The notes under the pieces: generated by a model
Told to the model about the DNA's origin: nothing
The model's database searches: none
The model's input: the letters and a program-made list of their open reading frames with translations, nothing else
Shown here: piece by piece, positions 27,959 through 37,163 of the stretch
Position numbering within the stretch: position 1 is the first letter of the stretch
How the letters are laid out: every line of letters starts with the position of its first letter
DNA from: an uncultured Aliarcobacter sp.
GTDB lineage: Bacteria; Campylobacterota; Campylobacteria; Campylobacterales; Arcobacteraceae
Assembly (NCBI GenBank): GCA_963677435.1
Contig: OY781945.1
Span: 1,536,001-1,600,000 of the forward strand
Length of the DNA stretch: 64,000 nucleotides
Direction: 5' to 3'
Translations under genes and position numbers: made by a program

Positions 27959-29137
27959 TTAAGCTATTTTATTCAAAATAGCTTTCTCTTCAATAGTAAA
28001 ACATTGGTGAGGATATTCTTCACTACGATTTTGAAATGCTAAGATAGCTTTATTGATAACTACACCTTTATCAATATTAATAGCTTGTTTTATGGTTTCA
28101 TTTTTTTGCCAAGCTTCTCTTCCCTCAATTACAGTTGATAAATATACAATCAACGCAGCAGAAATAGAGCGAGTTGCACTCTCCCAAAGGTAACTAGGAG
28201 TATGGTCAACAGCATAATAATCAACACGGTTGTATTTAAACATAGGTTTTTTAAAAGTAGTTGGTTTTGCAAAAAAGAAGCCCATTCCTTCATCACAACT
28301 TATATCAATAATCAGACTATCAGGTTTCAAACTTGAACTCTCTTCTTGAATGATAAAATTAGTAGGATTTGCAGTATCTTGAAAAACTCCATTTACGATA
28401 ATATCTGATTGACTAATAAGCTCTGATAGTGAACTAACAGTTCCATCATGTTCTATTACAATCATACGAGGTTCATCGCTATTACCCTCTTGAATTCTCA
28501 CATAATGACAATCAAGAACTTCTTCTCTTACTTCATGATCAGGGCGTTGTACACAAATAGTAATATCTCTAAAACCATGAGCTTTTAGGGCATAAACAGC
28601 ACCACGACTAACAGCACCAAATCCAAAGATTATAGTTTTACGCTGATTTCCATAGTGTCCATCTATTCCTTTTAATTGTAAAGCATGAATAACTGCACAA
28701 TATCCAGCCATTTCATTATTTTTATAAAAAGTGTGTCGGCCAACTTGACCCTCTGGTGACCAAACAAACATATCTTCAAAGGCAATTAGAGTTTGTTTTC
28801 GCTTAATGGCAATATCAGTTATCTCTTTTTGCTGTACACAATGCACATAACCCCAAAGTGTTCCACCCTCAGAAAGTTCTTCTAAGTCTGATAATACAGG
28901 TTTATTGATAATTACTGTTCCAATATTTGCTAATAAGTTATGTCTGGTATCAATTCCACCAGTTAATGCAGCAATCTCTTCATCAGGTATACCAAATGGT
29001 GCTCCATATCCTTCTTCAAAGATAAGTTGTTTTCGTAAAATTTCGGGAATTCGTAAAAGATGATTTGGATGAATTGGAAGCCTTCTTTCATCTGTTTTTT
29101 TTGAAGTTCCAATAACGCCTATTTTTAATTTACTCAT
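27959..29137 (-). CDS. AlaDH/PNT-superfamily oxidoreductase, N5-(carboxyethyl)ornithine synthase-like
   Basis: ERRLPIHP, EEGYG, NNEMAGYCAV, GFGAVSRGA Rossmann loop, IIDISCD, YYAVDHTPS. Confidence 0.8.
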   Translation of the reverse strand: MSKLKIGVIGTSKKTDERRLPIHPNHLLRIPEILRKQLIFEEGYGAPFGIPDEEIAALTGGIDTRHNLLANIGTVIINKPVLSDLEELSEGGTLWGYVHCVQQKEITDIAIKRKQTLIAFEDMFVWSPEGQVGRHTFYKNNEMAGYCAVIHALQLKGIDGHYGNQRKTIIFGFGAVSRGAVYALKAHGFRDITICVQRPDHEVREEVLDCHYVRIQEGNSDEPRMIVIEHDGTVSSLSELISQSDIIVNGVFQDTANPTNFIIQEESSSLKPDSLIIDISCDEGMGFFFAKPTTFKKPMFKYNRVDYYAVDHTPSYLWESATRSISAALIVYLSTVIEGREAWQKNETIKQAINIDKGVVINKAILAFQNRSEEYPHQCFTIEEKAILNKIA

Positions 29138-29161
29138 GTTTAAATTTCCTTTTGATTAAAT

Positions 29162-29725
29162 TTATTTAGTTTTTCTCATGTTCCAAAAGCTACTTTTATT
29201 TAAAAAGTCTGGTCCATCGTAAACACTTTTTAAATCAGATATGGTGTATACAGCTTTTTGGTCAAGCTCATTAATAAGGCGTATAAGTTTTGGAATGTTT
29301 CGTCTTCTTTCAACGATAAATAATACTTCAACTGCCTTGTCAACTCCCATATCACCATCAACTGAGACTACTTTGTAACCTTCTTCTCTTATTTTAAGTG
29401 CTAAAATATCACGATTAAATGAGATACAACGAATTAATTCTTTTCCGATAGCAAAACGACTTTCAATCCACATACCAACATAAATACCAGTCGCAAAACC
29501 AGCAGAATAAGCTAAGGCTAAATGCCATTGATCAAGATTTTTTAATACCATTCCTGCAGCAATTAACCAAATACTGATTTCAACAAAACCAATCATAGAT
29601 GATAATAGTTTGTATCCACGAAATATAACAATAGTACGAAATGTCCCTAAAGATACATCTGCAACTCTTGATAAAAAGATTAGTATTGCCAATAAATAGG
29701 GATATTCAACTATGAATTCAGCCAT
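29162..29725 (-). CDS. DUF2179/DUF5698 family membrane protein
   Basis: IFLSRVADVSLGTFR, GFVEISIW, AYSAGFATGIYVG, C-terminal alpha/beta domain. Confidence 0.85.
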   Translation of the reverse strand: MAEFIVEYPYLLAILIFLSRVADVSLGTFRTIVIFRGYKLLSSMIGFVEISIWLIAAGMVLKNLDQWHLALAYSAGFATGIYVGMWIESRFAIGKELIRCISFNRDILALKIREEGYKVVSVDGDMGVDKAVEVLFIVERRRNIPKLIRLINELDQKAVYTISDLKSVYDGPDFLNKSSFWNMRKTK

Positions 29726-30057
29726 TTTTATCTCTTAATTTGTTTTTCATTTGATTTCCTTTTATAAATTTTTTTAGGCAGAACTTTATTGAGGAAGTAT
29801 TAGTTCCCAAGATAGCTGTGATTATGTATATTTTTTTTGTTAAGTATTTAAGAGTTTTAAAATTAAAATTCTAAGGACAAAAGTCAAAGGATAGGATGAT
29901 TTATTATATAAGTAACAGTTTTTTTCTCTAATTAGAGTTCTTTCTTTTTATAATCAATTCCAGATAGTGTTTCCATTCTATCACAATAATTTTGTATTCT
30001 TGATGCAAAGGTAGATATTTAGTTCCTTTTGTTATATGTAAATTGATATAATTTCCC

Positions 30058-30942
30058 ATGGAAAATATAGAAGAATTTTATAAAAGAACAACTAATCCTT
30101 TACCAAAAGATTTAAATAATAGTATTGGTCATTTTAATGTATTTAAAAGAACAGCTTGTATAGATATACCTTACAGTAGAAAAAATTACTTTAAAATTAC
30201 ACTTTTAAAAGGTGCAAATAAAATACATTATGCTGATAAAACCCTTGAGAGCCAAAAATATGCTTTAATGTTTTCAGATCCAATAGTTCCATATAGTTGG
30301 GAATCATTAGATGGTAAAAAAGAGGGATCTTTTTGTATTTTTACAGAAGAGTTTTTTTTAGGTTATGGAGCGATTAGAAATTATCCTTTGTTTAATATAG
30401 ATGGAAACAAAGTTTTTTTATTGAATGAGCAGAGTTTAGAAGAAGTAGAAAAAATATTTGAAAAAATGTTTGAAGAGAAAAATACCCAATATGCTTTTAA
30501 AGATGATATGTTAAGAAATTTAACTTTAGCACTTATTCATTTAGCTATGAAAATGCAACCTGCAAAAAAAATACAAAATAGTTTACCCGATAAAAGAAGT
30601 AAAATCTCTTCACTTTTTAGTGAATTGTTAAACAGACAATTTCCAATAAACTTGCCCTATGAAAGATTGGATTTAAAAGCACCAAGCGATTATGCAAAAT
30701 CTCTTAATATTCATACCAATCATTTAAATAGAACTTTAAAAGAGGTGACTTCTAAAACTACAACAGAATTAATTGCTTCAAGAATTTTAGAAGAGGCAAA
30801 AATTTTACTTAAACACAGTAACTGGAATATCAATGAAATCTCTTACTCTTTAGGTTATGAAGATTCAGCTCACTTTATAAACTTTTTTAAAAAAAGAGTT
30901 AATCAAACACCATATTCTTATCGAACTTTACAAAATATTTGA
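30058..30942 (+). CDS. AraC-family transcriptional regulator
   Basis: C-terminal YAKSLNIHTNHLNR...EISYSLGYEDSAHFINFFKK. Confidence 0.92.
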   Translation: MENIEEFYKRTTNPLPKDLNNSIGHFNVFKRTACIDIPYSRKNYFKITLLKGANKIHYADKTLESQKYALMFSDPIVPYSWESLDGKKEGSFCIFTEEFFLGYGAIRNYPLFNIDGNKVFLLNEQSLEEVEKIFEKMFEEKNTQYAFKDDMLRNLTLALIHLAMKMQPAKKIQNSLPDKRSKISSLFSELLNRQFPINLPYERLDLKAPSDYAKSLNIHTNHLNRTLKEVTSKTTTELIASRILEEAKILLKHSNWNINEISYSLGYEDSAHFINFFKKRVNQTPYSYRTLQNI

Positions 30943-31033
30943 TTTGAGCAATTTTTAGCTTGATACTCGCATCAATAAAATTTTTATTACTTGATACAAT
31001 TTAACATATATAATACAAAGGTGGTAATAAACA

Positions 31034-32212
31034 ATGATTACTAAAAAACAAATTTTTGTAATGTCTGCAACAGCAGGTATTAGTGTTGCAAATATCTATT
31101 ATAATCAACCAATTTTAAATGACATTGCCAAAGACTTAAATGTAAGTCACTTAGCTGTAGGAAATCTACCTACATTTTCTCAAATTGGTTATGGATTAGG
31201 ACTATTTTTTGTAAGTCCACTTGGTGATAAAATAGATAGAAAAAAACTACTTATAATTTTACATTTATTATTGGGTTTATCATTAGTTGGTTTATCTTTT
31301 ATAAATAATATGGTTGTACTTTATACTTTGAGTCTTTTAGTTGGATTATTTGCAGTTTCTGCACAAGTGGTTATTCCAATGGCAGCTTCTATGAGTGGAA
31401 AAGATAAAGGAAGAGTTGTAGGAACTATATTTAGTGGATTATTAACAGGGATACTATTAGCAAGAACACTAAGTGGTTATGTAACAGATTGGTTTGATAA
31501 TTGGCATGCAGTATTTGCATTATCTGCGATATTTGTATTTGCTACTATATTCTTTATTTCAAAAACATTACCAAATATGGAAGCTCATTTTGAGAACAGT
31601 TATTTTTCACTTTTAAAATCTTCAATTTACCAGCTCAAAAGATTCTCACTTTTAAGAAGAAATACTTTATTAATTGCTGTCTCATTTGGAGTATTTTGTT
31701 CTTTTTGGACAACCCTAACTTTTAAATTAAGCGAAGCGCCTTTTAATTACGACAGTGATGTTATTGGACTATTTGGAGTATTAGCAGTTGCAGGGGCAAT
31801 GTTGGCTCCATATATTGGAAAACTATCTGATAAGATAAATGCGAATGGAATAAAATTAATTTCTGTATTAATGTTAATAGCTAGTATACTTTTAATTAGA
31901 GTGTTTGATACAAGCTTATACGCCTTTATTGCAGCAATTTTACTTTTAGATATAGGTTTTCAAGCAATTCAAATCAATAACTTATCACAAATATATGGTT
32001 TAGACGAAAAAGCACATAGTAGAATAAATACAGCCTACATGTCTTCTATGTTTGTAGGTGGTTCAATTGGAACTTTTATTGGAGTATTATGTTGGGAAAA
32101 AGGTGGTTGGAATTTTGTAACTTTGCAATTACTTGTACTTTCTATTATATCATTAGGGATAATTATTTATAGTTATATAAATAAAAATGTAGTCTCAGTT
32201 AATAAAAAGTAA
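31034..32212 (+). CDS. MFS transporter
   Basis: VANIYYNQP, PLGDKIDRK, GILLARTLSG; about 12 hydrophobic segments. Confidence 0.92.
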   Translation: MITKKQIFVMSATAGISVANIYYNQPILNDIAKDLNVSHLAVGNLPTFSQIGYGLGLFFVSPLGDKIDRKKLLIILHLLLGLSLVGLSFINNMVVLYTLSLLVGLFAVSAQVVIPMAASMSGKDKGRVVGTIFSGLLTGILLARTLSGYVTDWFDNWHAVFALSAIFVFATIFFISKTLPNMEAHFENSYFSLLKSSIYQLKRFSLLRRNTLLIAVSFGVFCSFWTTLTFKLSEAPFNYDSDVIGLFGVLAVAGAMLAPYIGKLSDKINANGIKLISVLMLIASILLIRVFDTSLYAFIAAILLLDIGFQAIQINNLSQIYGLDEKAHSRINTAYMSSMFVGGSIGTFIGVLCWEKGGWNFVTLQLLVLSIISLGIIIYSYINKNVVSVNKK

Positions 32213-32235
32213 TGAATTACAATTCATTACTTTTT
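32204..32235. terminator. Terminator after MFS gene
   Basis: AAAAAGTAATGAATT-AC-AATTCATTACTTTTT perfect inverted repeat. Confidence 0.7.
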
Positions 32236-32311
32236 ATGTTATTTTTATAAATAAAACGGTTATTTTATTTGATTTTTTTAATTTATTAGGATAAGATTAT
32301 TATAAATACAA

Positions 32312-33778
32312 ATGGAAAATACTATGAAAAAATTGCAAATATTTATGATAGTTCTAAGTATTGTTTTTTTCACATCTTGTGATAATAAAGATGTAAATTC
32401 TAATAAAAAAATCATTACAATATTAGTTCCAAATTTTGATAAAGCAATTGCTGGTCCCATAAAAGAAGAGCTAAATACCTTTGAAAAGAAAACAGGAGCA
32501 AAAGTAAGAATAGTCGCTCCTAGTTGGGATGATATGATTCCAAAAATAAAAGAGTCCTTTGAGGATGATAAAATAAATTATGATGTATTTGTTATTTTTT
32601 CTTCTTGGGCTGGGTCTATTTTAGCAAATGATCATGCACTAGAAATATCTAAAGAAATTCAAAAAAAAATAGATTGGGATGATATTCTCCCTATATATAA
32701 AAATCATGTTCTATCTTGGAATAAAAAATATTATTTTTTTCCTTATGATGGAGACAATATTAATATATACTATAGAAAAGACATATTTAAAAATGAGGAT
32801 TATAAAAAAAGATTTTTACAAGAATATGGATATGAATTAGATGTTCCAAAAACTTGGTCTGAATATGGTGATATTGCTAAATTTTTTAATGGTTGGGATT
32901 GGAATAATGATGGAAAAATTGATTATGGCATTGCAGAACCTCGATTAAAAGGTTATGGAACAATGCTTCAGTTTTTTGCAAAAGCCGCAGCTTATGCTAA
33001 ATACCCAAATGAAAAAACATTCTATTTTGATATGAATATGAATCCACAAATAAATAATCCAGGATTTGTAAAAGCCTTAGAAGAGTATATACAAATCATG
33101 CAATATGCACCACCTGCTATAATTAATTTTTCTCCCATAGAAGTTAGACAGAGTTTTATAGCAGGCGATGTTGTTATGGCTATTGATTGGGCAGATTTAG
33201 GAGCTATGGCTCAGAACTCTAAAGAATCTAGGGTAAAAAATAAAGTTGGATATATAAAACTTCCAGGATCAAATAGCGTATATAATTCAAAAGAAAAAAA
33301 ATGGGAAGATATATATAATGAGCCTTCAGCAATTAATGGTAATTGGGTAATCGTAGTTAATAAAGATTCAAAAAATCAAGAGTTAGCTTTGGCGTTTGCT
33401 TTATTTATGACATCTAAGGAAATGACTGGAAAATATATAACAAAAGGCTGGAGTGGAATTAATCCTTCTAGGTATTCACATTTGCAAACTAAGGATTTAA
33501 CGAAGTGGGAAGAAAATGATTTTTCAAAAAAATCAGCAAAAGAGTATTTAAAAACTATTTCAGAATCACTATCAAATGAAAATGTAGTACTTGATATAAG
33601 AGTTCCAGGTGCTGATTTGTATTATGATAGTTTTGATAAAAATTTAAATAAAGCAATTCAAAAAGAGTTAACTCCAAAAGAAGCTTTAGATTTAACAGCT
33701 AAGCAATGGAATGAAATCACTAAAAAAATAGGATTAGAAAAACAGATTAAATTCTATAAGGAGTCTATTAATGAGTGA
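32312..33778 (+). CDS. Extracellular solute-binding lipoprotein (family 1-like)
   Basis: Lipobox FFTSC; FPYDGD, YYRKDIF, VPKTWSEY, TPKEALD. Confidence 0.85.
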   Translation: MENTMKKLQIFMIVLSIVFFTSCDNKDVNSNKKIITILVPNFDKAIAGPIKEELNTFEKKTGAKVRIVAPSWDDMIPKIKESFEDDKINYDVFVIFSSWAGSILANDHALEISKEIQKKIDWDDILPIYKNHVLSWNKKYYFFPYDGDNINIYYRKDIFKNEDYKKRFLQEYGYELDVPKTWSEYGDIAKFFNGWDWNNDGKIDYGIAEPRLKGYGTMLQFFAKAAAYAKYPNEKTFYFDMNMNPQINNPGFVKALEEYIQIMQYAPPAIINFSPIEVRQSFIAGDVVMAIDWADLGAMAQNSKESRVKNKVGYIKLPGSNSVYNSKEKKWEDIYNEPSAINGNWVIVVNKDSKNQELALAFALFMTSKEMTGKYITKGWSGINPSRYSHLQTKDLTKWEENDFSKKSAKEYLKTISESLSNENVVLDIRVPGADLYYDSFDKNLNKAIQKELTPKEALDLTAKQWNEITKKIGLEKQIKFYKESINE

Positions 33779-35660
33779 ATTAAAAATAAAAGATATAAGT
33801 ATATATAGTTTTTTAGTACTAATTTTCGGAGTAGTTTTAATTGGCACTGTTTTATTTGTCTCTCTTAATAAAATTAAATCTCTAAATGACCAACTAACAG
33901 TATTTTCAAATGCAAAAAATAGCTTTTTAGAAGTAAAAATAAACAGTGAAAATATTTTAATAACAAGAGATTTAGATGAAATTATAAAATATTGGAATAA
34001 TTCTATAGAAAAATTTGATAAAAGTATCAACTCTTTACCTCTTACACAAAAGAAAAAATTTGATGATTTGTGGTATATAAGTAAAAAAGAGATTAATGAA
34101 ATCAAACTTATCTTAGACAATGTAAATTTAAAACCTCAAAATTTACATCAAAAACCTATTCTTGTTTTAAAAGGTGAATTATTTACTTTAAAAGACAAAA
34201 GTGATCAGTTTATAATAATAGAATCATTAATTAGAAAAATAGAATATCTTTTCCAATATGAAAAATTTATCTTAGATGAATTTAGTGAACTTGATAAACA
34301 TGATAAAGCACATATTGATGAACAAATAACCATCACTACATATTATTCCATGATTTTTATTATATTTATTATTTGTATAACTATTTTTGTGATTTTTATA
34401 ATGAATAGAAAAATCCTAAAAATTGAAACTCAACTTGTATATTCACAAAAAAGTTTAAGTGAAAGTTTGATGGAAACAAAAAATTCAAGATTGTTATTAC
34501 AAAATATTATTGATTCTGTTCCTGCTTCTGTATTTTGGAAAGATAGAAATAATAAATATTTAGGTGTAAATAAATACTTCTTAAATGATGCAAAATGTAA
34601 TAGTCAAGCTGAGGTTATTGGAAAAACTGATTATGAAATGCCATGGAAAGATACAGAAGCTGCAAAATATATTGAAGATGATAATTTAGTAATGCAAAGT
34701 GGCAAATCACAAATACAAATCGAAGAGACTCAAACGGATGAATTTGGCAATATTATTTATGTAATAACTTCAAAAGTTCCTCTTTTAAATATCAAAAATG
34801 AAATAATCGGAATGCTAGGTATTTATATTGATGTAACTGAAAATAGAAGAATCACAAATGAGTTAATTCAAAAAGATAGGCTTCTATCTCAACAATCAAA
34901 AATGGCTGCAATGGGTGAAATGCTTGAGAATATCGCACATCAATGGAGACAACCATTATCTTTTATTCTAACGAGTGCCACAGGAATTAGACTAAAAAGT
35001 GATTATGAGTGTTTAGATATTAACTTTTTAAAAGATACACTTATTGGAATTGAAAATACAATAAAACATTTAAACAAAACAATAGATGATTTTAGGGATT
35101 ATTTCAAAGCAGATAAAGAATGTAAGTTTTTTGAAGTAGAAGCAGTTATTGAAAAATCTCTTTTTATTGTTCAATCAAAACTAAAAAATAGATCGATTGA
35201 TGTTATAAAAAATATTTCACCAGTAAAAGGTTTTGGATTTGAAAATGAATTTATACAAGTTTTAATGAATATTTTTAATAATTCAATAGATGAATTAGAG
35301 AAATCTGAATTAGAAAAGAAACTTATCTTCATTGAGGCAAAAGAGATAGAAATTTGTGGAAGTAGGGTATCTAGTGAAGTTGCACATTGTACTTGTATTG
35401 AGTTGAAAATATATGATAATGCAGGGGGTATTTGTGAAAATATTATTGATAAAGTTTTCAATGCATACTTTACAACAAAAGATGAAGATAAAGGAACAGG
35501 AATTGGACTTTATATGTCAAGTGAAATGATAAAAAAACATATGAAAGGCTCAATCACAGCTGATAATAAAAACTTTGTATATGAAAACAAAGAATATTTA
35601 GGTGCTGAATTTACTATTCTTATTCCATCTGAAGATTATACTATTGTTAGTGAAAAATAG
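33771..35660 (+). CDS. PAS-domain sensor histidine kinase
   Basis: Two TM segments, PAS (VFWKD..YLGVN..IGKTDYE), ENIAHQWRQPL, DNAGG, GTGIGL; overlaps the binding-protein gene by 8 nt. Confidence 0.92.
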   Translation: MSELKIKDISIYSFLVLIFGVVLIGTVLFVSLNKIKSLNDQLTVFSNAKNSFLEVKINSENILITRDLDEIIKYWNNSIEKFDKSINSLPLTQKKKFDDLWYISKKEINEIKLILDNVNLKPQNLHQKPILVLKGELFTLKDKSDQFIIIESLIRKIEYLFQYEKFILDEFSELDKHDKAHIDEQITITTYYSMIFIIFIICITIFVIFIMNRKILKIETQLVYSQKSLSESLMETKNSRLLLQNIIDSVPASVFWKDRNNKYLGVNKYFLNDAKCNSQAEVIGKTDYEMPWKDTEAAKYIEDDNLVMQSGKSQIQIEETQTDEFGNIIYVITSKVPLLNIKNEIIGMLGIYIDVTENRRITNELIQKDRLLSQQSKMAAMGEMLENIAHQWRQPLSFILTSATGIRLKSDYECLDINFLKDTLIGIENTIKHLNKTIDDFRDYFKADKECKFFEVEAVIEKSLFIVQSKLKNRSIDVIKNISPVKGFGFENEFIQVLMNIFNNSIDELEKSELEKKLIFIEAKEIEICGSRVSSEVAHCTCIELKIYDNAGGICENIIDKVFNAYFTTKDEDKGTGIGLYMSSEMIKKHMKGSITADNKNFVYENKEYLGAEFTILIPSEDYTIVSEK

Positions 35661-35681
35661 TTTGTATAAGGAAAATATACT

Positions 35682-36533
35682 TTGACATATGTAGTTCCAA
35701 ACTATTTTATAGAAAACAATTATTCAAATCTTTTAAAAATAGATAATTTGCTGTGTTTAAACTATATTACAAAAACAAAAAATAACAATGTAAATGCAAG
35801 AACAACAATGCATACTATGGGTATTTTACTTGAAGGCTCAAAGATAATTCATCTAAGTGATGAAGATATAAATATAGAAAAAAATGACATATTTTTTCTT
35901 ACTCAAAATAATTATTATATGAGTGAAAGGGCAGTAAAAGATTCTAAATATAAATCACTTTTAATATATTTTGATGATAAATTTATTTTTGATTTTTTAA
36001 ATAAATATAATATTCAAATAGATACAAAAGAGCAAGAAAATATTGTAAAAGCTAATTTTAAAAGGGATAAATTATTTGAGAATAGTGTTGAAATATTTCA
36101 AGAGTATTTAAAAATAAAATATGATGAAAATCTTTTAAAGCTAAAAATAGAAGAGATATTTTTACAAACAATTAGATTTAATAAAAATCAAATGGACTCT
36201 TTTTTTAATGCTGTTTTATCAACAAGCCAAGATAGGATTAAATTCATTTTAGAGTCAAATATTGATTTAATACAAAATCTTGAAGATATGTGTAAAATCA
36301 CAAGATTATCTGAAAGCAAAATAAGAGCTTATATTAAAAAAGAGTTTAATCAAACTCCAAAAATTTGGCTTGATACTAAAAGATTAGAAAAAGCTGTTTT
36401 ACTTTTAAAAAATACAAATGATAGTATTACGGATATTTCTACAAGTTGTGGATATTCTACAGTTTCATGGTTTATTTCACAGTTTAAAAAATACCATAAT
36501 CAAACACCAAAAGAATTCCGACATAAAATCTAA
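35682..36533 (+). CDS. AraC-family transcriptional regulator
   Basis: TPKIWL..RLEKA..LL..SITDISTSCGYSTVSWFISQFKK. Confidence 0.9.
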   Translation: MTYVVPNYFIENNYSNLLKIDNLLCLNYITKTKNNNVNARTTMHTMGILLEGSKIIHLSDEDINIEKNDIFFLTQNNYYMSERAVKDSKYKSLLIYFDDKFIFDFLNKYNIQIDTKEQENIVKANFKRDKLFENSVEIFQEYLKIKYDENLLKLKIEEIFLQTIRFNKNQMDSFFNAVLSTSQDRIKFILESNIDLIQNLEDMCKITRLSESKIRAYIKKEFNQTPKIWLDTKRLEKAVLLLKNTNDSITDISTSCGYSTVSWFISQFKKYHNQTPKEFRHKI

Positions 36534-36597
36534 TATTTCTTGTACTTAAAGTTTTTGATTTTTAGTAAAATATACATAAATTTACAAAAGGAAAAAT

Positions 36598-37119
36598 ATG
36601 AAAAAAATATTTTTAGGATTAATTTTTAGTATTGGATTATTTGCCCAAGGATTTACTTTAAGTAGTAATGATATAAGTGGACAACTTTCAAGTGATGAAG
36701 TTTTTAATGGTTTTGGTTGTACTGGAAAAAATATCTCTCCTGAACTTTCTTGGAAAGATGCACCAAAAGGAACAAAATCATTTGCTATTACTGTTTATGA
36801 TCCAGATGCACCAACTGGAAGTGGATGGTGGCATTGGGTAGTTTTTAATATTCCAAAAGATACAACAACTTTAGAAAAAGGTTTTGGAAATAAAGAGAGT
36901 ACAAATATAGTTCAAAGTGTGACTGATTATGGGATTACTGGTTTTGGTGGTGCTTGTCCACCTTTAGGTGACAAAGCTCATAGATATGTTTTTACAGTTT
37001 ATGCATTAGATGTGGATAAACTTGATTTAGACAAAAAAACAAATGCAGCTGTTGTTGGATTTTATGTAAATTCTCATACTTTAGCAAAATCTTCAATTAT
37101 TGCATATTACGGAAGATAA
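36598..37119 (+). CDS. YbhB/YbcL family (PEBP/Raf kinase inhibitor-like) exported protein
   Basis: Signal peptide; GFGCTGKNISP, YDPDAPTGSGWWHW, GGACPP, HRYVFTVYAL. Confidence 0.92.
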   Translation: MKKIFLGLIFSIGLFAQGFTLSSNDISGQLSSDEVFNGFGCTGKNISPELSWKDAPKGTKSFAITVYDPDAPTGSGWWHWVVFNIPKDTTTLEKGFGNKESTNIVQSVTDYGITGFGGACPPLGDKAHRYVFTVYALDVDKLDLDKKTNAAVVGFYVNSHTLAKSSIIAYYGR

Positions 37120-37129
37120 TTATAAGAAA

Positions 37130-37155
37130 TATCAGTAAGGAAATCCTTACTGATA
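37130..37155. terminator. Bidirectional terminator
   Basis: TATCAGTAAGG-AAAT-CCTTACTGATA between convergent genes. Confidence 0.7.
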
Positions 37156-37163
37156 AAAAGAGT

